NCBI GenBank assembly: GCA_001949185.1
Contig: BDGG01000002.1
Span: forward strand, 4,702,448 to 4,766,447
Source of the DNA: Ramazzottius varieornatus
Lineage: Eukaryota; Animalia; Tardigrada
Direction of reading: 5' to 3'
Length of the DNA stretch: 64,000 nt
Shown here: piece by piece, positions 1-14,200 of the stretch
Numbering within the stretch: the stretch's first letter is position 1
How the letters are laid out: each line of letters starts with the position of its first letter
Translations under genes and position numbers: made by a program
The notes under the pieces: model-generated
The model's database searches: none
What the model was told of the DNA's origin: nothing
Seen by the model: only the letters and a program-made list of their open reading frames with translations

Positions 1-2238
1 ATCATGGAGGAACAAACTGTAATATTGAATTGGGAAGGACCTGTTATCGATCTGTCTTACGAAACAATGTGCAACACCTGTAATTGTACGATATCAGCAA
101 GGTGCGTGTCCAGAACCTTCACAGCCGCAGACCGCGGTATTTGATCAAACTATCCTGGCGTGCCGCTAACAATGTGCAAAACGCTGTTAAGGTTCTCGCC
201 GTCTTTTACTATGTCCGGTGTACTTGATTGTTTCGAAACACCTCGGTGGTTAAATCCGTGTATGTGCCGATCTAACTGTTGGCCAGGAATTCTATCAACA
301 GTTTGTCCATAAAGCTACGCCATCCGATTTATCGCGGACGTCTGTTGTAATCTTTAGTTCGTGTGATTACCTATAGATTACTTTATTGTCTGGAAGTGAA
401 AGACGCGGCGGCAAGAGCGTTGAGCAAGCACTGCACATGTGCCACAGTGTAAATTACGTCTTGAGGTCCACCTTGATCCACTTGCATGCCACGTATGAGA
501 AATCACCGCGCCGGCTTGATTGGCAGCAGAGCGTGCACTGCGTGTGAAGGTGTAACGACAAAATAAGAGGGTTCATTCTATTCTGATGTATGGATTCGGC
601 CTTGTTATTGTTGACATTATACTATTTTTGCTGTGATCTACACAGCGAAATCTTACATGTCTAAGTGAGCGACGCTTCTCAAGTACCTAATTCATGTTAA
701 GATCAAGACCACTGTACCTGGGTTCCCAGCGCCGGAGTCGATGGTTTCACTTACTGGAGCACTGCATGATCATCATTGATTATGTCGTAACGAGTGGTCG
801 ATGAAAAGTTTGCGCTGTTTCGGCTCAAGACTACTCGTTCTCCACCTTTGTCCGACAAAACCCTACCGTTTTCCAAACTTTCGCCGGATTATACCATACC
901 CGGATTATCTGCTTTAACTTGGATCTCCTGCCTTTGTATATTCTCCTTTGCTTCCTCTGTGGAATATTTCGGTGCACTCGAATGAAGGACCTCTGGAGAG
1001 CAGTATAAGGGCACACCCTTTCTTCAATTGACCCATGCAGTGAAGATGATATTTGCGAAGGTACGAGTTTTTTTTCACGCAGTTCTGGAGTGATGCATCC
1101 CGACCAAGGGTCTTCGCTGACCAACGGATAAGCCAGTTATGGAAATGGCGAAGATTACAAGGTTTCTTGAGGTGTCAAACATCCCATGTATGAACGATCC
1201 AAAGTCGTGCAACTTCCGGGAAATCAAACATTATGCTAACAGTTGTTAGTTGCACAGATCAATAGGCCCTCTTCCTGCGACACTGAACTTGCCATGAACC
1301 TATAGACAGGGTGAGTTTTGTAATTGTTGACAAAGTTAGAAACAGCAAAGGGAAATTGGCCGCAATGTAGCTTTCGAGACAAGTTTATTGTTCTGCTTTC
1401 CACCTTGAGCAAACACAGAGTTTGCGCTGCTGGTGTATCATCCGTAACGTCCCGCTTCTCACAGCTTGACCAATTAACGCCAACTGCTGTCGAACCAGTA
1501 GCGTTCAAGACTAGATTCTCGCGAGAAATTTGTCCAGTGTTTGACGCGATGGAAAACCTCGAGATTCAACTGAAATTCGCTTTGATATCTGGTAGAGTTT
1601 GGTTTTACGAGAAATCAAACGATATTCGCGCACCAGCATGCAATAACGCCCACGCGACTATAAAAGAAATGTTGAGTGAAGATTGTCTGACCGAAAAGTC
1701 TTCAAGGTGTTTCGTCGTGTGAGGGAGGCTGACTGGTGCCTGTGTGTACACTTGATCTTGATGTTGCCGCTTGACTAGGTTTTCGTGGTCTCGAATCGGA
1801 GCACTCGAACAACAAGTCCACACTCCATCGAGCAGATTTGAATAACCTCGCAGCGCTGTACCTGTGAGAGGTGGAGAAAGCTCATAAGATTAATTTTTTG
1901 CCGTCGTGGGAGCAAAATAGCTCTCAAGGTCAGCAGAATCGTCGTACATCAGGACAGAATCCTAACGGCAAGTTCCGACCTCAAACTAAAGAAGAGGTAA
2001 ATTCTGTAATAAGGTGATTTAAATATCGGGAAAGCTGTGACATGCAAATACGTAATCAGCTTCGCGATGACGTCAGGCACTGCTTAAAAGAAGATGCTGT
2101 GGATCGATCAACCAATCAAGCTGTAGAGGCTGTCCACAATCCACTCGTCTGTGAGCACTTGGATAAACCTTGTTGATCCAACTCCAAGATGTTCAAGATG
2201 AGCAAGTTTGCCAGGTAAGAATCTGTGTTTATTCGTAG

Positions 2239-5200
2239 GATGATCTCGTCTGGTTCGACGTGGGCAATGGGTACGAGCCCGGACGGATCGTGAATGTCGT
2301 CACTTCTGGTGCGAAGAAGAGTGCGACCGTTCAGCAGACGGATGCCTCAAGAGGAGCTCAGGTAAGTTATAAGAAGGTGTTGAGCCTCTAAACTCAGTGT
2401 TTTGCCTTCAGATGTCTCGCTGAGGCTGCAAGCTGATAATTACCTTGAGAGGCGCTGATCTTGAACTTGGTTGAATGAGCCAGCCGCGTCTTACAGCTTA
2501 ATTTACCACTCTTACGTAGGCACGCACTTTTCATCTGGACGACCTCTCTCGCATCAAACGGCGTGATGGAAGATCCTTGAAGCCAGCTCAACAGCCGACC
2601 CATGGTCAGTCCGGAAGTGATAGCCATGCTGGGCATACAGGGCGACCGGTGTGGTTTGACGAAGAAGCCGGGATAAACGACATGACTCAGCTCAGGTATG
2701 GTCAGTTTTGCATCTTCCACCGGAAGTACTGAGATACCAGAGTTCTCCTGTGCTGGACAGTGTTATGTGACTGATCTTACCGTGGTTGTTTTCAGTGAGC
2801 TTACAGAAAGCAGTATTCTCGAGAACCTGCGGCTGCGATTTAGCCGAAATGTGATATACGTAAGTCGAAGCTCAAGTCACGGCTGGGAGTTTAAATAGGC
2901 GTGCATATGTGTACGCTGTCCAGTTTGCTCTACGGAGGTCTTGCCATGGTTTAGTCTAGTGATAGATGACCGGAAATATACCATCTTATGTTTCAGACCT
3001 TTATCGGTAACATTTTGGTTTCGATCAATCCGTATCGAATGGTGCCCGAGATGTACAATTTGGACGCGGTCAAAGCCTACGAAAACTACATCCAACTGAC
3101 CGAGAATTCACCACCGTAAGCCGTGCGAATGGGTTCTCACAGTCTTCGCCGGATCGAACGTCTTTAGTAATTCCAAAGCTTCTTGCAGGCATCTGTTCGC
3201 CATTGGCAGCGCAGCACTTTTCCACATGAACAAGAACCTGGAGGATCAAGTAGTCGTCATCAGGTATCGTACATGCGCCAGACGTGATCTGTGTCAACAG
3301 TTGGATTAGCGAAACCATTGCTGGGCCTGTCAACTAATGTCAGGGGTATGAATGAATTTCTTTTTCAGTGGGGAATCTGGATCGGGGAAGACTGAAAGCA
3401 CGAAGTTGATCATGCAGTACCTGGCCGCCGTCAACAAAGCATCCAGCAACATCATCAGCGAACAAATCCTTGAAGCTAATCCCCTTCTCGAGTCTTTCGG
3501 AAACGCGAAAACAATACGCAACGACAACTCATCTCGCTTTGGGAAATACCTTTCTATTTACTTCAATAAGGAGTGGGTACTTTTGCATATTGATCCGATT
3601 AGTCTCCCCAGGACGAAAAATTCGGACTTTCTGCTACAGTTATTCCTGTCTAGGGGTTTCATAACTGGAGCTAAAATAACGGAGTACCTTCTGGAGAAGA
3701 GTAGGATATGTATGCAGGCAGAGCACGAGCGGAACTACCACGTCTTTTACGAACTGCTCGCGGGTTTAACCAAAGATGAAAAGCTAGCTTACGGTCTTCA
3801 GGATCATTCAAGCTACTTCTACCTACATCAGGTTCGTAAGCACAATCGAACTCATTCCGAAGCAGGCTTTGCTACCGTTGCTCCCCCGTCTACTCATGGT
3901 ATGTTATAGGGTAAAGAGAAGAACCTGAGGACGAAAGACGACGCGGCGGACTTTGTCAAGCTGAAGTCCGCCATGCAGGTCCTCAACTTCACAACCTCGG
4001 AGATGGACGTCGTGTTCCGTATTCTTGCCTCGGTCCTGCACCTCGGTAATATCCGTTTCAAGCTGAAGCAAGTGGAGGACCAAGCGGAGGGTGTTGTGGT
4101 GGAGAGAGACTCTGAAGTGCGCTGGATTGCTCATCTGCTACAAATCGTCGACAGTGGCTTAGTGAACGCGTTGACCACCAAAACAACCGTGAGAACCACT
4201 TAATCATGTTTTAAGGTTCTTCAAAATGGCATACCTGTTGGTAATTATCTTCTAGGAAGCACGGAACGAAAAGCTCTCAACACCGCTTAGTCGCGACCAA
4301 GCATTCGATGCCAGGTGATTTCACGATGTGGATAGCGCCTCTTTTCATGGGTGAACTGCTCACCTGTGCTACTTCGACAATTTCGCGTTTCGGTCGTATG
4401 ATGGCCATGAAATCGTTCGTAATTTTTCCCGTTTTCAGAGACGCCATTGCCAAAGCCTTGTATTCTCGGCTGTTCACCTGGCTAGTTGATCGCACCAACT
4501 CTATAGTAGCTCATAATCAACACAGGAATACTTCCATCGCCCTGCTGGACATTTTCGGGTTTGAGGTACGTCAGCATGACAAGCGTCTAATCCATGCCGC
4601 CCAATCCAAGGTGTGTTCCCACCAGTTCGTCTGATGATGTAGTGACTGATGTCTTTTTTGCAGAACTTCACTGAGAACAGCTTCGAACAGGCACGTTTTT
4701 CTCTTGAGATTGCTAATGTGTTGTTCTTAGCGAACTTGACAGCTGGTTAACTGACGTGTTGATTGCTTCAGCTCTGCATCAACTATGCTAATGAGAACCT
4801 ACAGTATTACTGCTACCAGCAGTTATTTCAACTGGAGCAGCAGGAATATGTCAAAGAAAGTATTAACTGGTAGGTGCCACTAGTCAGAAACCTTCCAAGT
4901 TGTGCTTTGTTAATTCTGATAATCTCTGGATTTTTTTCCCTGGAATCATGCAGGTCATCAATCGAGTTTGTGGACAATCACTCTGTGTTGGAGCTAATCG
5001 CCAAAAAACCGGTACAGTTCACTTTCAGCTTTTGTGTCCGTGCTCTAATGCAAAGCTTGATCTTGTTCATCAGACAAAAGTAGCTTTTGATTACTTTTGA
5101 CTTGGCAAAGCTAGGCTTGATGATTAGGACAGAAGTATGATCTATGACCGTCTAAACAAAGAGAAAGTCCTTTGCTTCGCCAGTTATGAAACGATTATTA

Positions 5201-8200
5201 GCAGCCTGAGGGAATATCTGATAGCTTGACGGGCATATTTACGGTTACATAACTAATTAATCACCTGAATCGATGCGGAAGTCTTATGTGGTTTTGCCGC
5301 TGGACGGCGGTCAACGTGAACTCTTGCCATTCTTCTTTCGATTTCAGATGGGTATCTTGCATATTCTGGATGACGAGAGTAGTTTCCCCAAAGCAACCGA
5401 CCAGTCTTTCCTGGAGAAGTGCCATTACAATCACGGAACCAACGCCCTCTATCAGCGACCTAAGCAGTTCGCGCATTCTTTCTCGGTAGTCCATTATGCC
5501 GGAGACGTTTCGTATACTGTGACGGGGTTTCTGGACAAGAACCGTGATACTCTAAGAGCTGATGTCATCGAGCTGTTCATCGGAAGCGGACTAACGGTAA
5601 ACTCCCTACGTAGTACGAAATCATGCACCTACATACATGGTGGATGTAGTGACACCACAGGGTCTTGTACGCAGGTGTGTGACTTTGGTTGATTTCGTGC
5701 GGCGAGCTTTCCGGCTTTCAGAATTCTACATATAACCGATTTGTTGTTGGGTTTTGCAGATTCTGTCGAAAATGTTCCAAGAATGGAAGGACAGTTCAGA
5801 TTTCGTCAAGACGATCAAGAGAGGAGCTGGTCGGTTTGTGACGATGAAGCCTCGAACGCCGACGGTTTCCGCGCGTTTTCAGGAGTCATTGAGCCTCTTG
5901 GTGGAAACCATGTCCAAGTGAGTGGACTTCTTGTTCAAGTTCATTTTGTACCCTGCGGTCACTTCGCTTCACCTCAACTGCCCGATCATCTCGGCCAGTT
6001 ACACGGTTGGAAATTATTTTTATCTGCGTTGACTGATGCTGATTTGAACTGCGCGTGCTGTTATTTTTCCGTTCTACCGGACTACAGAATTATTGTCAGC
6101 GCAGCCTTGAGTAATTATGGGTCCTCAGGCAGAAGGATCGGTGAAAACCAGTTCGTTGCGCGAGATATGCTTCACGTGGCTTCGCGTCTGTCACTTCTTA
6201 CGCTATCAAACGATTTCGTTCGGGAAAATTATGTCGAACCAAACAATTACATCTCTCTGTGTTGTCAAATTGTTTTTCGTAAAACCAAGATCTTGTTATA
6301 TTGATAATTTATTTTTGTCTTCCTTGTGATGTATCATCTTTCTTCGTAGATGCCATCCTCATTTCATCCGATGCATTAAGCCGAATAATAACAAAGTTCC
6401 CTTCGTATTCGAGAGCAAACTTGTGCTCGATCAGCTCAAGTATACGGGAATGCTTGAAACGATTCGCATTCGCAAAGTTGGATATCCAGTTCGTGTGAAG
6501 TTCAATCACTTCCTTGACCAGTAAGTGCTAACTAACTGTGCTAGTGAACAACCGGAAGCGACATCGTTACTCCAAATGGTGTTGAATTCGTGAACTGAAA
6601 AGCTTGATTTTCCGTCTCGGAAGAAGTGCTTCCGCGAGTCTGATATGAGCCTCTGACTTTTCTCTAGATATGCTTGTTTGCTCAAGAGTGGGCGGGTTCC
6701 AGCAGGGACCTCTCCCAAAGCAGCGTGCCAAAGTGTCATCGATAGCTTCTACGAACGGCGGAACGAAAGGCCCGACACTTGGTTCAAGAGCAAAGTACTT
6801 CCGGACTACCAGCTCGGAAACTCCAAAGTATTCCTACGAGAGTCGCTCCACAGGAAGATCGAGTTCGAGAGACACAAAGTCTTGGAAGAAGCAGCCATTG
6901 TGATACAACGAAATATCCGGGGCTACCTGAGAAGGAAGTTTCACCGCGAACAGCAGGAAGCAGCACTGACCATACAGAAGAACTACCGAGGCTACTCGCA
7001 GAGGTACAGCAAAATCCAGACTGCTCTTCGTTGAATGTTCTAGGCCTATCCATTGGTGTTTTGGGGGGTTTTATTATTTTACATCAGCGTTTTCCTATCG
7101 TTAGTGGACACCACTGTTTGGGACTTGAGTTGTTTTCAAAAATGGTAAAAAAAGGCAGTATTTCCGCTATTTTCCGTTTCGACTCACCGGGTCTCCCACC
7201 CACACTTTCATGTAAATAAGTCGCATCTCAGTTGTTTTCAGTTTGGTGGTAGAAGGAAGGATATTAGGGTTACCACATGAAACTATAGCCGCCATAGAAA
7301 ACAACGCGCTGGAAGGCGAACGATTTTTTGCAAAAAGTTGTCACTAGTTTGCTGGAATGCATTGGCACAGACACATGCGGAATCTGTCGCAAAGTGTTCA
7401 TGTAGCTTATTTGATTTTTCTGCATTACAGAAAAGAGTACCAAAAATTGAAAGAGGACAAGGCTCGTGGAAAAAAACGTCACATCGAGGTATTCCGTTGT
7501 TATTCGCCTAGTTTTGTTTCATCTGTCTGATGAACTGGAGCAACGGTATTTCCTGATTTAAGGTCCATCCGCCTAGCACGCCGCATGCTGAGCATCACGA
7601 CACAGGAGAAAAGACACATCGGCCAGACGGACGACGTACGGAACAATCGCTCTCAGCGGTGAAGCATGGTACAGGGTTACCGGAAGAACTTTTAAACATT
7701 TTGGCGAAACTTAGCGGTACGTTACGGTGACATGCTTTGACGGCTGCGTGAAAACTACTCATTCAAGTTCAAACCTGTAGTGTTGATTCTTCTGATTATA
7801 CTTTAAACAGATTGGCATGCACCACACGCGGAGCGGAACATTGGAGTGGTGGTTGGTCATGTGGAACCTTCAAAGGGTCAGCAACAGCTGGAACTCCCAC
7901 GAGATATCGACACGTACGTCTTCTCCAAGTACGCGGCACAGCATTGCAAGGTAATTCAAGCGACTTCCGTTCAGTCTACTGTACCGGCTAGACATGCAAT
8001 AATTTCGTCATTTCCGTTCACAATGTCCCTCACGTGATGAGTGTACAGTATATCGTGTCTCTGTAGGATAAAGCATGGAGCACTCATCAAAACCAGATAC
8101 ATCATGCATTCTTGGCACGGTTGACAGAAGTTGAGCAGCAGGAATCACTATCTATCTTCCACGTGGTTAGTTTGTTGACAAATGTATCTCCTAAGTCGAT

Positions 8201-11200
8201 ATCGCACTTTTATAGGAAATAATAGAAATGTGTGGGATTTTAGATTCGGGAATACGCTGAGCGGAAGCATTCAACCGAAAAGAAAGACGTTGTCTTGGTA
8301 GACTACATCGTTTATAAGGTACTTTGCTATGTCGAATGCTTCATAATGGAAGCTTTGGATATACGTGCGTGGGTTCCTGATGTAGGGTCTCGCGAATCAT
8401 ACTCTGCGCGATGAGATTTACTGTCAGCTTTACAACCAAACGCGACCTTCAAGCGTGCCGGACAGCGGTGCCGAGGCGGTAGTCACTGAACGGGCCTGGT
8501 TCTTGCTGGCATGTTGTCTGAGTGCATTCTCGCCTTCGAAGACCTTATACCCGTTCTTGCTCAAGTAAGTCAACACATGAAGGCTACGTTTTCCTCAGAA
8601 AAATTGGTAAAAAGTCGAAGAGTTCGCTGATCATGTTGTGATAGATATGTGACTGACCATGCTCCGGACAATTTGAAATTCACCTGTCAGACCAAGCTGT
8701 TGCAATCGCGGCATTCTGACGTTGCCCGTTCATATCCACCGACAATGCTGGAAGCGCGAGGTATCAGACAGAATGGAATGCCGGCTATGCCAAGCACGCT
8801 TCCCAATGGCTCCAAACAAGTGGCACCGGTCACCTCATGGACAACCGCCTCGCAGTTCGCCAGCGACATCCTACAACAACGGTAAACTACTTTCAGCTCC
8901 AGTCCATAGTCTACCATATAATAACTGCAACTTTGTGGGCATCTGACAACTTTGTTTCTTTGGGGTTTTTCCAGTAATGTGGAGGTGGACTGTGCCGGAT
9001 GGACCGTGATGATGATCCGCGACGAGAACGACAGCCTCGTCGAACTGAACGGCAGCGACTACATTCTGGACCTGATTGCGGAGTATGAGCTGCCGCCCGC
9101 GTTCCCCTTTATCAAGCACCCTTACCTGACCCACCATATGAGGAAGCCGAGAAGGAAACAACACTCCGCACCAACTGGCAAGCACGATTTCGACGGAGAC
9201 GACGACTTTGAGCCTTCTTCCGCACCACACACCGCACAAGATTCCCGCATTGCCCGTCTCGGTCTAGCCAAGAACAGCAAGTTGAACCATCGGTATGAGT
9301 CAGAGAGGAAAGACCTGGCGAAGGGCAGTGCGTTAAACAAAAGGTATATTCTGACGGAAGCCGATGTGGCCATTGCGGTGGGAGCCGATTCGAACAAGAG
9401 CGCCAAAGAGCATCCAGGTTTGTCACCTTCGGCACTGAACTGCCGGTACAGAGCTGGAACTTCGCCCGACGCTTCGGTAGAGTCGGATGTGAGTGTCCAG
9501 TCGGATAGCCTGTTATCCCCATCGAAGCATGACAAGCGGCATCAGTACCACCCGGAAACCCATTATAGTCATTCCCGGGGAGCTCATTCAGTCATGTCAG
9601 ACGTAAGCATGTCTAGTAGATAATTACGCCTGGTCTCTCACCGCTTGATCGGGTATTAGTTGTATTGGTGGATATAAGGATTTTATTATTAGGCGCACTC
9701 GTTGAGTTCGCACGTCCAGAGAATCCGTATGCCTTCCGCCTCGAACCCGAAAGAGATAAATGACTATCTCGATGAGATCTTTGACCCAGTGACTCTGGGT
9801 TACGACGACGAAGAGCATCAGCTTGTTCGGCCTGACGTCAAAGCGCTTGCTGCCTCCATCAAGGGAGGAGGCGCGAGAGCCGGACAGGATCCAGGACCGG
9901 TGAGGCCTATCGACATCATGATCCCTACTTTTCTACTGTATGTGGAATCCATTCTAGTACTGTCTGAACGCAACTTTCCGTTTTAGGAATTTCGTCGGCC
10001 CACTGCCAATGCTTCTGCACAGTCTGCCGGGTATCCTTACGGTGCCGTAGTTCCTCCAATGATGCCTCAGTTTGGGCTACCGCAGCTACCACCAACCATG
10101 GGATACTATCCGCCAATAGGTAAGTTAACGCTCTACGAAGACAGTGAACATCTGAATGTACGTACAGTAGTTCTCTTGTTCTGTCATTACGTCTCCACTC
10201 TGCTTCCGTTCTGCATGTTTGTACTAGCACCTTTTTGTAGCGCACGCCTATCCGTACTTGTCTTCTTTGCATGCTGCACCTTCCGCATCTCAGCTCGCGC
10301 ATGCCCGTTCTACATTGTCCTTGTTTGATGGTAACCCACCTCAGGCCACGTCGCATGCTCCTCACGCTTCTTACAGTCGTCCTTACTTTTCTCCCCCACT
10401 TTCTCATGCGCGTTCTATGGAGTCGATGTTGGACAATGTCCCTGATTACATGATGCAGCATGCACTCGCACAGCAGAGTCTCATGTCCCATTCCCAAATG
10501 CACCTGTATCCGCACCCCTTTGGTTTGCTCCGTTGTACGTCAGAAAATGCTGCCGGTGAGGGTCCGTGATTTTTTACCCAAGTTTGTCAGCCCTGTTCAA
10601 AATTCTTCCGTTTCTGGCTTGCTCGTGAAAGTTTAGTTGGGACATCGGCAAACACACGCGAAAAAATAGTTTCCCCAGTGGCGCATAATTCCAAGCAGAA
10701 GCACTGGAAAAGTGCGCTACTTGGGAAAGTACCTCTTCTGATACTTTGTTGGCTGTTTATCGCTATCGATCTTTCCCAGTCCTTTTGCTTGCGTATGTTG
10801 ACCTGTTTCCTTGGACATTGAGCAGTACGCTCTTACTTGTTTTCGAGCCCCACAAGCAAGTTTTGGTTTCCAGCAGGACCTGTTGCCGATCCGGTGTTGC
10901 AGCATTACCTACAGCAGCAATCGCTAGCAGTAAGTTCTCTGTGACGCCCTCGGACGACCTGACCGCATTCTGAAACCTTCCACTTCTGTTTTGTTCTTTC
11001 TGTAGAACCAAATGCATTTGCAACATCAACTGTCGGCCGCGCTCCAACAGAACCTTGAACTTCAGCACAGGCTGATTCAAAGCCAGCAAGAAATGGTGGC
11101 GGCTAACCATCGTGGTCATCCTGTGGGCTCAGATGGTAACAGTGCGGGAGGTTCACCCGATTCCCTTCCTCAGACGCCCAGCGGTCATGAGGATATCTTC

Positions 11201-14200
11201 ATGATGAAGGAACGTTCGCGGAACGGTGGAACGCCACTTCCTACGACGGGAGTGGGCAAAGTGGGTGATGAGCAGCCTCCGCTGCCGCCGCGGAAGTATA
11301 CAGTCCCTCCGAAGAACCACGGAACAATCAACATCCCTCCGCCGCCGCCACCACCTCCTCCGGCAAAGCCTGTTTTTTTAGCGAATAATAAGAACCGCGC
11401 ACAGATTCCCGGCAGAGCAAAAACGATCAAGATCGCCAACATCAGGTGGCCTCCAAAGGTTGAGACTCCACCGGTGGAGGAACCCCTAGAACCGCCGCGC
11501 CGCTTCATCGTGACGGTAGGCAGCCAAATATTGTGCGAACTGAACGTGTATGTGTTATGTTATGTATGATGTACTTATATCGTATTACAGGAAACCGCTG
11601 TCGAGGATGTAGAGCCCAGAGCTGCCGAACCGTTGACGCCCAGTAAGCTTCGGCTGGACCCGAAAGCCCGGGACCAGTTTGAGAGGACAGTGGGGGGCCA
11701 ATCAGTGGGACAGAAGTCGAAAACCGAGGATGGTGCAAAGCCCAGCAAGCAACCAGTGGTAACTCCGCACTCTTTCGTACGACCAGACCACAAGCCGACG
11801 CTGGACGCTAAGGGCATTCCTGTCCCACCGCCTCCTCCTACCGTTGCGCACGGTGCAAGTCGACCCAAACTTCCTCCTCGTCAGGACCCCATAAAGCATA
11901 CAGCTGATGTGCACGCACAACCAAAGGTCTCTGCCGAGCACAAGGAAAGTCGGCTGGGAGTACCATCTTCTTCGCATTATTCTTACAGCCGTACCCAGTG
12001 GAGTATGACGCTGCGCAAAGAGGTACGAATATTGCGACTGTGAAATTATTGGCAGTTCAGTGACGTATCACGCTCTTTCGTAGTTCTTCACTCCGGCAGA
12101 GAAGATCGACAGTCCATACGTCACCGACCTCATTTTCGCCCAAATATACAACGACGTCTTCAATGAAAGCTGCGTTCGAATGACTCTCCAGGAGAAACAG
12201 AAGATGCAGTCGCTCTTCGGTAAGCTCCTACTTTTTTCACTTCTATTATCTGTTCACGGCTTTTGTTCACTTGTAATCTTCCAGAAAAACACGGTCTCAA
12301 AAACACGGAATCAGGTTTCACACCGTCACAAGCATCCGCAACCACGAAGAAGACTGTAATTGAGGCGGCAAAAGAGCTGCCTTTGTACTTTTGTCGGCTG
12401 TACCCAGTGTCGGTTAGTTGACATGATGCGGTGCCGCGATTCATTCCTAGAGGTACAACGATAGGAATTACAGTTTTTTTGCTATGTTTTCTGCAGAATG
12501 AAAAGAACGACAATGAGACTTCTCGGAGACTATTTCTGGGCATGTCCCACACCGGTCTCCGGCTGATCCGCCTTGAGAAGAATAATGACGACCTGGATGT
12601 TCTGCTGGTAGACGAACACCGACGCTTTGATGAGGTCGTCGAGGTCACCACTGCTCAGAATTCCGAACTGAAGATTTCGTTCAACCACATTAGCTCAGGA
12701 CCAGGCACTAAGGACCTCGACTGGAGGTTCTACTCGCAAAAGGTGCCTCAGATTTCACTTCTAAAGCCTTACATAATATTTGCTTTGGTAGCATGGACCT
12801 CATTTTACTCTTTTTTTTCGTCGTCAACAGGCTGTCCAAATCAAAGTTCTGATCGACCAGATGATCGGCGAAGCCGATCAGGTAAGGTCCTACTTCCACA
12901 TTTAGTCTTTGCTACAGATGGCGCACTTTCCATTGTGTTGGTGTGTTGTTGCTCGTACAAAGTAATGCAATATGAGACAACGTTTTGCAGCTTTCGGGTA
13001 TGGAGCTGACTGGGGATTTTGTTCGAGCCGTTTCGGACTACCGCACCAGCGACCCGACACTTCTGAGTTTCCGAAAGGGCGATGTGATCAAGCTGGGCAT
13101 TCGGAACCAGTCCTACCTCGATAAAGGTATGTGTGGTTTACTGATTACGAAGTGCATTACCAATATTTATTGAAATTATAAATTAATGAGGGCGGACCAT
13201 AGACCGAAGAACTTTTTCCACCAAGCAAGCAACTCCTGCAAGAAATTGGTTGGTTCAAGCTTCACGTAAAAAGTTGACGCGACCAGTTAGTCAGTTGACA
13301 GCGGGTGTTGAAGAGCTGCTGTGTTACGGGTTGCGCTTATTTGCTGTGGTGGAGAACAAATGGCTACTGTAATGATGCTTGTATCCAGTTTGTTACGTTG
13401 GCTCGCACTCTCTTACTTTACCGGATCTCGTTTGGTGATGATCACTTCTCTTCACATTACACCATGATTTTGAAGAGCTTTGTAACGGTGACACTGTTTC
13501 CGATGACCATGAACTGTTGCTCATCCTCGGTTAACCATAGTGTTGTACGAGTTGTTTTTTGTTGCTGGAATCAGAGCTTATAGGTAGATAGCTGTAATAG
13601 TCTTTTGTCTGGTGAAGTTAGACTCTATTCGCCACTTGAGGCTGCCGATCCAAGCTTTTCGGAACTGAATAAAATTATTCCGTTTTGTTTATTCTGGACA
13701 ATTTTCATCTTTGAATTCTTGCAGGATGGCTGTATGGTAATATTGGCGACCGATGGGGAATATTTCCGTGCGAACACGTGGTGGCCCTAACTAGACCCGA
13801 AATACTGCAGCTAAGGAAGAACCTGGTAAGACCAGAATCAACTTTCTTCATTTGGTCTTGTACTCACTTATGACAGTATGAATGTTCTTTCAGGTGAAAA
13901 ACTCCCGGGACGAATCGCGGTCTAACATGCCTGTAAGAACTGACTCACATCAGACGATAACCTAACCAATAACTGAACACTCGAGAGGAAGTTCATTTAC
14001 GCATTTCGTATCTCGATAGCCTGGGACACATGCCGTGGCAAGCAGTACGTCATCATCCAGTTCCTCGCAGAAGTCAAACTCGAGTGATGGCGTCAAGGGC
14101 GGGGCTCCGTCCAAGACGGTGAGCGATGGTCGCATGTCCATGGTGGAGTTTGCTATGTTCAATTTCCGCCAGTCGATCGAGAAGTATGGAATTCGGACGG

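Noticed and set aside
1-2200. Short ORFs and exon-like segments upstream of the myosin (e.g. 4-101, 1324-1722)
   Set aside because: No recognisable motifs and no consistent splice chain. The ATG at 2189 would need a 24-nt intron in the wrong phase.
12916-12960. Possible eighth family-1 copy (agatggcgca plus spacer-like cattg..ttgg) in a myosin intron
   Set aside because: The right arm is absent, so it was not counted.
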